Assembly (NCBI GenBank): GCA_963843755.1
Contig: CAWJLS010000010.1
Span: 289,067 to 353,066, forward strand
Length of the DNA: 64,000 nt
Origin: an uncultured Acidobacteriota bacterium
GTDB lineage: Bacteria; Acidobacteriota; Thermoanaerobaculia; Multivoradales; DATKCC01
Direction of reading: 5' to 3'
The position numbers were made by a program, and so were the translations under genes. The notes beneath the pieces were generated by a model. It was given only the letters and a program-made list of their open reading frames with translations, was not told where the DNA came from and did no database searches. Shown here piece after piece: positions 8,610-17,266 of this stretch (positions are counted from its first letter, which is position 1; each line of letters starts with the position of its first letter).

Positions 8610-11072
8610 ATGACCGTGAATCCGAAGTCGAACGAATCACCGCGGACCGCCGGAGCCGGCGACGACGCCCGCCGGGAGCTGCGCCGGTTCTTCCTGCTCG
8701 GGCCCGCCGAGCCTGCCGAAGCCGGCGAGCCCCGCGTGAGCGAAACGCCCGCCGTCGTCCCCGTCCCGCTGGCCGCCTTCGTCGGCGCCGGCCGGGTGCG
8801 GACCGACTACCCCCTCTACCTCGGGTCCACGGCACCGACCGGGTCGCTCGAGGCGGCGACCGGCGCCCACGGCGCCCTCTGCTTGGGGTTCGACGAGCTG
8901 ATCTCCCGCGCCCGGCGCACCCTTGACGGCGAGGGGGCCCCGGTCGGGCAGATGCTCCGCGACAACCTGAAGCGCCTGGAAGGGCACCTGCTCGACCTGC
9001 TGGAGGCCGGCACGGCCACCGGCGACGCCCAGGAGGCGCTCCGCGCCGCCGGCGCCGCCATGGCCGAGGCGCTCGCGGCCGAGTCCGGCCTCGCCGAGGC
9101 CGACCGCGCCGCCCTGGTGGCGGACGTCGAGCGGCTCGCCGCCGCGCTGCCGCCGGCGGGCGACGGTCCGGGGTCGAGCCCGGCGCGCTTCCTGGCACCA
9201 CGGACCGGCGTCTCCCTCGACCTGCTCGGCCATGCCCTCCTCGCCGGCCGGCGGACCACCCGCGAAAGCTTCCTGCGCGAGGCTCGGGAGCTGGTCGACA
9301 AGGGGCGGGCGCTGATCGACGCCGACCGCCGCAAGCGTGCCGACGGCGATGCCGGGCGCGACGGCGAGCGCGAGCGCGGCGCCATGGGCGCGATGGGCAA
9401 GCGGTTCGTCGACCCGTCGGCGCTGGCGTCCGTCCTCGGCGAGCGGCGCGGCACCACGGCGCTCGCGCCTGCGCGGCGCGAGCGCCTCGAGGCGGCGATC
9501 GAAGCCCTGGCCGAGGTCGCGGACCGGCTGGCCGAGGTCGCGGACCGGCTGGCCGCGCCGCGGATGCGGCTGATCCACGACGGCAGCCTGCCCTGGGGCG
9601 AGCGCCTGCTCGGGGCCGCGGAGTCAGACAACTGGGTCGTGGTCGAGAGCTCCGACCCGTGCGCGGCCGCCGCGGAGGTCTTCGACCGGGAGGCCGAGGC
9701 CCTGGCCGCCGCGCTGCGCGGTCGCGAGCGGGTCCGGCTCGAGACCTCGGGCACCTACGTGGCGGCGGACCACGAACCGTGGCTCGAGCGGCTGGCCGGC
9801 TTCGACTGGCGGGCGTTCGACGCCGGCGAGGCGGCGCTGCTCGAGCCGACGGTGGCGCTCGAGTCCGCCGGCGAGCTGGCCGAGCGGGGAATGCTCAGCC
9901 TGTCGAAGCTGCTGCGCTCGAGTCGTCCGGTGCAGGTGCTGGTCGCCCTCGATCCGGCCATGAGCCCCGGGGTCGAGAATCCGGCGGCCGGCTACCGCTT
10001 CGAGCCCGGCTACCTCGGCATGAGCCACCGGGAGGCGTTCGTCCAGCAGTCGAGCGAGGCCCGGCCGCTCCACCTGATGGAGGGCCTGGTGCGTGCCGCG
10101 TCGTCCAGCCGGACGAGCCTGCACGTGGTGGCCCCCTGGCCCGGACAGGTCGAGGCCGGTCTGGACCCGGCTCTCGTCGCCGGCGCCGCCATCGATGGCC
10201 GCGCCCACCCCCTCTTCCGCTACGACCCCGAGACCGGCCCCTCCTGGGCTCACCGGCTCGACTTCTCGGGCAACCCGCAGCCGGCGGCCGACTGGCCGAC
10301 CGACGACGGGGCGGACGAGAGCCCGTTCACCTTCGCCGACTTCGCCCTGCTCGATCCGGCGCTCCGGCGCCATGTGACGCCGATCGGCCCCGGAGCGGCC
10401 GACGACGCCGACCTGGTGCCGATCGCCGCCTGGCTCGCCCTGCCGGTCGACGAGGCGATCCACAAGATCCCGACCGTCCTGGCCGTGCCGGTGACGGCGC
10501 TCGGCAACGGGAGCAAGGGCCCCAAGGGTGGCCAGACGGCCCCGGCCGAGCCCGTCCGCCTGGCCGTCTCCCGGCCGCTGGCCGCCGCCTGCCGCGACCG
10601 GCTCGGCTTCTGGCGCACCCTCCAGGAGCTCGCCGGGGTCAACAGCGAGTACGTCCGCCGGGCCGCCCAGGCGACCCGCGAGGAGGCCGAACAGGCCGCC
10701 CGCGCCGAGCGCGAGCGCCTGGAGGCGGCCCATGCGGCCGAGCTCGAGCGGGTCCGCGAGCGGTCCGCCCGCGAGGCGGTCGACCGGCTGACCGCGGCCC
10801 TTCTGGAGGTCGACCTCGGCCTGTTCAGCGAGCTGCCGCCGGAGATTCCGTCGTTGGCCGGCAAGACCGCCGACCAGGTCGCCGCGGCGCTGATGGATGC
10901 GGTCGGCTCTGATCTGGCGGAGATGGCCGAGACCGTCGAGACGATAGCCGCCGGCGACGGCGCGCCGTCGTCCGAGGCGGTCGATGCCGCTGCCCGGCAG
11001 TTGCTGGAGCTGGTCGATCCGGCCGCGATCGATCGTGAGTTGACGGACAGCCTGGAGCACACCACGGAGTAG
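8610..11072 (+). CDS. PFOR C-terminal (TPP-domain plus tail)-like paralog lacking cofactor motifs; function unknown
   Basis: 820-aa ORF with RBS GAGGGAG and strong GC3 bias. Residues about 400-700 align by eye to the neighbouring PFOR. Example: FDWRAFDAGEAALLEPTVALESAGELAERGMLSLSKLLRSSRPVQVLVALD versus PFOR FDWRDFSDDEFRLCPPVVVIGGDGAMLDIGFQNVSRLLASGKPLRVIVLD. Also AIDGRAHPLFRYDPETG..LDFSGNPQPAADWPT versus ALEGRAFPYLEYDPDAG..LSLEGNPAVEDTWPT. The GDG...N TPP motif and the Cys ligands are absent. Confidence 0.7.
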   Translation: MTVNPKSNESPRTAGAGDDARRELRRFFLLGPAEPAEAGEPRVSETPAVVPVPLAAFVGAGRVRTDYPLYLGSTAPTGSLEAATGAHGALCLGFDELISRARRTLDGEGAPVGQMLRDNLKRLEGHLLDLLEAGTATGDAQEALRAAGAAMAEALAAESGLAEADRAALVADVERLAAALPPAGDGPGSSPARFLAPRTGVSLDLLGHALLAGRRTTRESFLREARELVDKGRALIDADRRKRADGDAGRDGERERGAMGAMGKRFVDPSALASVLGERRGTTALAPARRERLEAAIEALAEVADRLAEVADRLAAPRMRLIHDGSLPWGERLLGAAESDNWVVVESSDPCAAAAEVFDREAEALAAALRGRERVRLETSGTYVAADHEPWLERLAGFDWRAFDAGEAALLEPTVALESAGELAERGMLSLSKLLRSSRPVQVLVALDPAMSPGVENPAAGYRFEPGYLGMSHREAFVQQSSEARPLHLMEGLVRAASSSRTSLHVVAPWPGQVEAGLDPALVAGAAIDGRAHPLFRYDPETGPSWAHRLDFSGNPQPAADWPTDDGADESPFTFADFALLDPALRRHVTPIGPGAADDADLVPIAAWLALPVDEAIHKIPTVLAVPVTALGNGSKGPKGGQTAPAEPVRLAVSRPLAAACRDRLGFWRTLQELAGVNSEYVRRAAQATREEAEQAARAERERLEAAHAAELERVRERSAREAVDRLTAALLEVDLGLFSELPPEIPSLAGKTADQVAAALMDAVGSDLAEMAETVETIAAGDGAPSSEAVDAAARQLLELVDPAAIDRELTDSLEHTTE
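9507..9548 (+). repeat. perfect 21-bp in-frame tandem duplication (2 copies plus a 6-nt partial third) inside the 820-aa gene
   Basis: ctggccgaggtcgcggaccgg occurs at 9507-9527 and again at 9528-9548, encoding LAEVADR LAEVADR. Confidence 0.9.
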
Positions 11073-11090
11073 ACAACGCGACGCCCGGCC

Positions 11091-11114
11091 GGCTCCGGTC
11101 CCCGGACCGGAGCC
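11091..11114 (+). promoter_or_regulatory. perfect 10-bp GC-rich hairpin between the 820-aa gene and the PFOR gene
   Basis: ggctccggtc cccg gaccggagcc. It lies 18 nt after the stop at 11072 and just 5' of the PFOR RBS and start. There is no T-tract, so it is more likely an mRNA-processing or stability element than a terminator. Confidence 0.35.
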
Positions 11115-11139
11115 GATGGCGATGCGAGGAGTCATCGAG

Positions 11140-14100
11140 ATGAAGGTCACCGAAGAACGCGAACAAGCCGAAGCCACCGTCCGGTACCCGGGAACCCCCG
11201 TTGCCATGGACGGCACCGCCGCGGTGGTCGCCATGGAGACCGCCGCCGGCGAGGCGGCCGGCGCCTACCCGATCACCCCGTCGACCCAGATGGGCGAGGG
11301 CTGGGCGAAGGCCGCCGCCCAGGGGACGCCGAACGTCAACGGGCGCCGGTTGATCTTCTTCGAGCCCGAGGGCGAGCATGCCGCGGCCGGCGTCACGGCG
11401 GGCATGTCGATGGTCGGCCTGCGCTCGACCAACTTCTCCTCCGGCCAGGGCATCGCCTACATGCACGAGTCGCTGTACGCGGCGGTCGGCAAGCGCCTGA
11501 CCTACGTGCTCAACATGGCCTGCCGGGCGATGACCAAGCATGCGCTCAACGTCCATGCCGGGCACGACGACTACCACGCGATCGACGACACCGGCTTCTT
11601 CCAGCTCTTCGCCAAGGACGCCCAGGAGGCCGCCGACCTCAACCTGATCGCCCACCGGATCGCCGAGCTGTCGCTCAACCCGGGCGTCTGCGCCCAGGAC
11701 GGCTTCCTGACCAGCCACGTCATCGAGTCGCTGCTGCTGCCCGAGCGCGCCCTGGTCAAGGAGTACCTGGGCGACCCGTCCGACCTGATCGAGTCGCCGA
11801 CGCCGGCCCAGCGCCTGGTCTTCGGCGAGACCCGGCGGCGCATCCCGGAGATGTTCGACCTGGACAACCCGGCGATGATCGGCGTGGTCCAGAACCAGGA
11901 CAGCTACGCCCAGGGCGTCGCCTCCCAGCGGCCGTTCTTCTTCGACCACATCGCCGCGCTCGCCGAGACGGCGATGGCCGAGTACGCTGAGCTCACCGGC
12001 CGGCGCTACCGCCGGGCCATGGGCTACCGGCTGCGCGACGCCGAGGTGGTGCTGGTCGGCCAGGGCTCGGTGGTCGGCAACGCCGAGGCGGTGGCCGATC
12101 ATCTGCGGGCGACTCGCGACCTCGCGATCGGCGTGCTCAACCTGACCATGTTCCGGCCGTTCCCGGCCGACCTGGTGGCCGGGATGCTGGCCGGCAAGCG
12201 CGCCGTGCTGGTGCTCGAGCGCCTCGACCAGCCGCTCGCTTCCGACCCGCCGCTGCTGCGCGAGATCCGCACGGCGCTGTCCAAGGCGGTCGAGAACCAC
12301 CGGGTCGAGGCGGGGCGGACGCCCCACGCCGGCATCCCGGCGGTGGCGCCGGACCAGGTACCGGACTTCTACTCCGGCTGCTTCGGCATGGGCAGCCGCG
12401 ACCTCCAGGCCGGCGACCTGGTGGCGGCGGTCGAGAACATGCTCCCGGGCGGAAGGGGACGGCGCCAGTTCTACCTGGGCGTCGAGTTCATCCGCAAGGG
12501 CAAGGTCCCGGCGAAGCTCGAGGAGTGGCAGCAGAAGGTGCTCGAGGCCTACCCCGACGTCGCCGACCTGGCGCTCGAGCCCGCGGGCGCCCTCGACCTG
12601 CTGCCCAAAGACTCCATGGCCGTGCGCATCCACTCCGTCGGCGGCTGGGGCGCCATCACCATGGGCAAGAACCTGACCATGACCTTGTTCGACCTGGTCG
12701 GGCTCAACGTCAAGTCGAACCCCAAGTACGGCTCGGAGAAGAAGGGGCAGCCGACCACCTTCTATAGCGTCTTCTCCCACGATCCGATCCGGATCAACTG
12801 CGAGCTCAAGCACGTCGACGTGGTGCTCTCGCCCGATCCCAACGTCTTCCGCCACTCGAACCCGCTCGCCGGGCTCGCCGAGGAGGGCACGTTCGTCATC
12901 CAGGCGAGCACGTCCTCGGAGAGCGGCGCCGAAGAGCTCTGGGCGAGCTTCCCGGCCTGGGCGCGCCGGACGATCCGCGACAAGAAGCTGCGCGTCTTCT
13001 ACCTCGATGCGTTCGCCATCGCCCGCGCCGAGACCGACGCCGCGGACCTGCAGTTCCGCATGCAGGGCAACGCTTTCCAGGGTGCCTTCTTCAAGGCCTC
13101 GCCGCTGATGCAGAGCGAGGGCCTGGACGAGGCCAAGCTGTTCGACGCGGTCCGCGCCCAGCTCCAGAAGAAGTTCGGCCACCGGGGCAAGACCATCGTC
13201 GACGACAACTTCCGGGTGCTCCGCCGCGGCTTCGACGAGCTGCGGGAGCTCGACTGGAAGGAGCTGGAGATGGGCTCCCAGGTCGATGAGGAGAAGGGCG
13301 AGATCAAGCCGCCCTGGTATCTCGACCGGGTGCCCCAGGATGCCGACGAGCTGACCGGCATCGCCGACCCCTTCCGGTTCATGCACCAGGTCTGCTCGGT
13401 CTACCGCGACGGCGCCGACCCGATCGCCGATCCGTACTCGGCGATCTCGGCGATCCCGGCGGCCACCGGCATCTTCCGGGACATGACCAACATTCGCTTC
13501 GAGGTGCCGGAGTTCATCGCCGAAAAGTGCACCGGCTGTGGCCAGTGCTGGACTCAGTGCCCGGACGCGGCGATCCCCGGACTGGTGATCGAGGTGGAGA
13601 AGGTTCTGCGGGCCGCGGTCTCCGACTGGGCGACCGACGGCGCCGCCAGCGACCGCATGCTCTCCGCCGTCGCGCCGCTGGCCCGTGAGGCCCGGGTGCT
13701 GCTCAAGCAGGAGGACTTCCCGTCGTTCGCCGCGGTGGTCACCCGTGCCTGGCCCAAGGTGGCCGGCGGCTTCGACCTGTCCGCCGAGGAGCGCGCGGCC
13801 CTGGACGAGGAGATCGACCAGGTCACCGCCCGCCTGGCGGAGTTCCCGCTCGCCAAGACGGTGCCGTTCTTCACCGTGCCGGAGCGCCAGAGCGAAGGCA
13901 GCGGCGGCCTGTTGGCCGTGACCATCAACCCGAACGCCTGCAAGGGCTGCAACCTGTGCGTCGAGGTCTGCCCGGACGACGCCCTCTACGCGGCCCACCA
14001 GGACCAGCCGCTGGTGGACAAGCTGCGCCGCAACTGGGCGCGCTGGGAGCAGCTCCCGGACACCCCGGACCGCTTCCTCCAGGTGAGCAACCTGGACGAA

Positions 14101-16204
14101 GGGATCGGCGTCCTCCACACCCTGCTGCTCAAGAAGAAGACCTATCACTCCATGGTCGGCGGCGACGGCTCGTGCATGGGCTGCGGCGAGAAGACCGGCA
14201 CCCACCTGATCGTCTCGACCATCGAGGCGGCGGTGGCGCCGCGGGTCGAGGCCTTCGTCGGCCAGCTCGAGGGGCTGATTGCCACGCTCGAGGACAAGGG
14301 CAACCACCTGCTGACCCTGTCGGCGGACCTGGGCGGCATGGCCGAGGCCGGGCTCGACATCAGCGAGCTCCACCTGAACGTGGAGGTGGCCGGCGAGAAC
14401 CGCAACCGCCTCGCCCGGATCTCGAAGACCTTGCGGATCCTCAAGGATCTCCACTGGCGCTACACCAGCGGTCCGTCGGGGCGCGGGCGCGCGGCGCTGG
14501 GCATTTCGAACTCCACCGGCTGCTCGTCGGTCTGGGGCTCGACCTACCCCTACAACCCGTACCCGTACCCGTGGGTCAACCAGCTCTTCCAGGACGCCCC
14601 GTCGGTCGCCATCGGCATCTTCGAAGGCTTCATGCGCAAGATGGCCGACGGCTTCGCCGCCGTGCGCACCGCCGAGCTGGAGGTGGCCGACGCCTACGAG
14701 CCGGAGGTCCACGACGGCGCCTTCCAGGCGTTCGACTGGCGCGACTTCTCGGACGACGAGTTCCGGCTCTGTCCGCCGGTGGTGGTGATCGGCGGCGACG
14801 GCGCGATGCTCGACATCGGCTTCCAGAACGTCTCGCGCCTGCTGGCCTCCGGCAAGCCGCTCCGGGTGATCGTGCTCGACACCCAGGTCTACTCGAACAC
14901 CGGCGGCCAGGCCTGCACCAGCGGCTTCCACGGCCAGGTCTCCGACATGGCCGAGTACGGCGCGGCGCGCCACGGCAAGGAGGAGAACCGCAAGGAGATG
15001 GGCCTGATCGCCATGGCCCACCGGGGCGCCTACGTGCTCCAGACCTCCCAGGCGCTGCCTGCCCACATGGTGGGTGGCGTGCTCAAGGGGTTGTCGAAGC
15101 GGCGACCGGCGATATTCAACATCTACACCCCGTGCCAGGCCGAGCACGGCCTGCCGGACTCGGCCTCGCTCCACGCCGCCAAGCTGGCCCTCGAAGGGCG
15201 GGCCTTCCCGTACCTCGAGTACGACCCGGACGCCGGCGTCACCACCTCCGAGCGGCTGTCGCTCGAAGGCAACCCGGCGGTCGAGGACACCTGGCCGACC
15301 TACGAGCTCGAGTACGTCGACGAGGACGGTGCCAAGCAGGTCATGACCCTGCCGCTGACCACCGCCGACTGGGCGGCGACCGAGCCCCGGTTCGCCAAGC
15401 ACTTCAAGAAGGTCGAGCGGGCGCTCTGGACCGACGCCATGGTGCCGTTCGCCGACTTCCTCGAGCTCTCCGCCGAGGAGCGTGCCGGCAAGACCCCGTT
15501 CATCTGGTTCAAGGACTCCGAGGAGCGCCTCGGCCGCCGGTCGGTCGCTCCCGAGATGGTCGAGCTGGCCGAGGAGCGGCTGCAGCTCTGGGACGAGCTC
15601 CGCGAGCTCGCCGGCGTCCGCCTGTCGGAGACGGTGCGGGCGCGGTTCTCGCGGCCCATGGAAGAGAGGATGGAGCGTGAGCTCACGGCGCTCCGGGAGG
15701 AGTACGAAGTGAAGATCGCCCAGCTCAAGGAACGCTATCCCGCGGCCATCACCCGGAGGATCGCCGAGGCCCTGGTCGGCGAGCGCGGCTCGGAGGCCCT
15801 GGCCGGCCTGTTCGGCGGTGGCCGCGCCGCGGTCGCCGTCGCGCCTGCGCCTCGACCGGTGGGCGGCCCCGGCGCCGGTCCGGCCCCGGTCCCGGTTCGC
15901 CGAACCCGTCGAGGCAGAGCCGGAAGCGGCTGCCGAAGAGGCCGAGGAGTCGATGGCCCTCGAGCCCTACATCGACACCGAGCTCTGCACCTCGTGCAAC
16001 GAGTGCACCCAGCTCAACCCGAAGATCTTCGCCTACAACGAGAACAAGCAGGCCTACATCAAGGACCCCAAGGGCGGTCCGTACGCCGACATCGTCAAGG
16101 CCGCCGAGCGCTGCACGGCCAAGGTCATCCACCCGGGAGATCCGCTCGACCCGAAGGAGCCCGAGCTCGAGAAGTGGGTCAAGCGGGCGCAGCCGTTCAA
16201 CTGA
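11140..16204 (+). CDS. pyruvate/2-oxoacid:ferredoxin oxidoreductase (NifJ/PFOR-type, enlarged) with a C-terminal ferredoxin domain reached only through an apparent +1 frame change near 15895-15905
   Basis: Full PFOR domain order: YPITPSTQMGE (domain I); VGGWGAITMGKN (domain III); CTGCGQCWTQCP and CKGCNLCVEVCP (two 4Fe-4S clusters); GGDGSCMGCGEKT, NSTGCSSVWG, GGDGAMLDIGFQN and TGGQACTSG (TPP plus proximal cluster). ATG 11140 has AGGAG 8 nt upstream (ATG 11116 is also possible). The body frame continues as R/G-rich junk to 16371, while the real-looking C-terminus (AEPVEAEPEAAAEEAEESMALEPYIDTELCTSCNECT...) is in the next frame and stops at 16204. Confidence 0.85.
15953..16204 (+). CDS. single-cluster 4Fe-4S ferredoxin-like segment (either the C-terminal domain of PFOR or a separate small ferredoxin)
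   Basis: MALEPYIDTELCTSCNECTQLNPKIFAYNENKQAYIKDPKGGPYADIVKAAERCTAKVIHPG (CxxCxxC...C). It is in a different frame from the PFOR body. ORF-track entry 15818..16204 begins with out-of-frame shadow of the PFOR linker. Confidence 0.55.
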   Translation: MALEPYIDTELCTSCNECTQLNPKIFAYNENKQAYIKDPKGGPYADIVKAAERCTAKVIHPGDPLDPKEPELEKWVKRAQPFN

Positions 16205-16375
16205 TCGCCATGCGCACTCCAGAGACACGAGATCGCGGGCGGGGGCGTCCCCTTCCCCCCGCGAGGGTGGGAAGGGGATCGAGGGGATGGGGGGCGATCC
16301 AGCCGATGCTCAAGGTTGATGGCTGCCCCTCGCTGGTCGTGGGAGCTTCATCAGGCGAAGCGGGGGTGTGATGCC

Positions 16376-17266
16376 ATGAACGAGATTCTGACCGGTGCCG
16401 CCATCATGGCCGGGTTGGGCCTGCTGTTCGGTACCATCCTCGCCCTGTCGTACCGCTTCCTCAAGGTCCAGGAGGACCCGCGGATCGACGAGGTCGAGGA
16501 GATGCTCCCCGGCTCCAACTGCGGAGCCTGCGGCGAGCCCGGCTGCCGGGCCCTGGCCGAGAAGGTGGTCGGCGGCGCGGTGGCGCCCGCCCAGTGCACG
16601 GTCTCGTCCAAGGACGCGATCGAGCGCATCGCCGAGTACCTGGGCGTCGAGGCGGGCGAAGGGGTCAAGCGGGTGGCCCGCCTCCACTGCGGCGGCGGGA
16701 TCGGCCGGGCGTTCCGGGTGGCCGCCTACGAGGGAACGTCGAGCTGCCGCGCCGCCCACCTGGTCGGCGGCGGCGGGCTCGAGTGCTCCTGGGGCTGCCT
16801 GGGGCTGTCCGACTGCGTCGACGCCTGCACCTTCGACGCCATGGAGATGAACGCCCTGCTGCTGCCCGAGGTCGACGTCGACAAGTGCACCGCCTGCGGC
16901 GACTGCGTCGACGCCTGCCCGCGCGACCTGTTCGACCTGATGCCGATCACCCACAAGCTGATCGTCCAGTGCAAGGCGCCGCTCGCGGCCGAGGATGCGC
17001 GGCGGATCTGCCAGGTGGCGTGCGACGCCTGCGGACGCTGCGCCGCCGACGCGGCGCCCGGCCTGATCCGCATGGAGAACAACCTGCCGGTGGTCGACTA
17101 CGCCGCCGGCGAAGGGCCGGCCGAGCCGTCGGCCACCTGGCGCTGCCCCACGGGGGCGATCCGCTGGGTGGACGGCGAGCAGTTCCGGGAGCTCGACGAG
17201 ACGGGGACCGACTCTGGACCCACCTCTGGGCCCACTTCCGGTCGGGGAGAGAGGATGTATGCCTGA
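16376..17266 (+). CDS. rnfB: Rnf electron transport complex subunit B
   Basis: MNEILTGAAIMAGLGLLFG (N-terminal TM), LPGSNCGACGEPGCRALAEKV, and Cys clusters CTACGDCVDACP and CDACGRCAADA. Confidence 0.9.
   Translation: MNEILTGAAIMAGLGLLFGTILALSYRFLKVQEDPRIDEVEEMLPGSNCGACGEPGCRALAEKVVGGAVAPAQCTVSSKDAIERIAEYLGVEAGEGVKRVARLHCGGGIGRAFRVAAYEGTSSCRAAHLVGGGGLECSWGCLGLSDCVDACTFDAMEMNALLLPEVDVDKCTACGDCVDACPRDLFDLMPITHKLIVQCKAPLAAEDARRICQVACDACGRCAADAAPGLIRMENNLPVVDYAAGEGPAEPSATWRCPTGAIRWVDGEQFRELDETGTDSGPTSGPTSGRGERMYA

Noticed and set aside
10825-15402. 1,525-aa ORF on the minus strand
   Set aside because: It is antisense to the PFOR gene, whose plus-strand product carries the full set of PFOR motifs. 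The minus-strand translation is Arg/Gly/Pro/Leu-rich with no motifs. Long stop-free antisense frames are expected at about 70% GC.
15818-15895. ATG 15818 as the start of an independent 128-aa ferredoxin gene
   Set aside because: The first ~28 codons (MAAPRSPSRLRLDRWAAPAPVRPRSR) are the out-of-frame shadow of the PFOR Ala/Pro linker. Only the part from about 15897 onward looks genuine.
16249-16277. Hairpin ccccttccc / gggaagggg between the PFOR and rnfB as a terminator
   Set aside because: The 9-bp stem has an 11-nt loop and no U-tract. The region is also traversed by the unresolved PFOR frame problem. The evidence is too weak to call.
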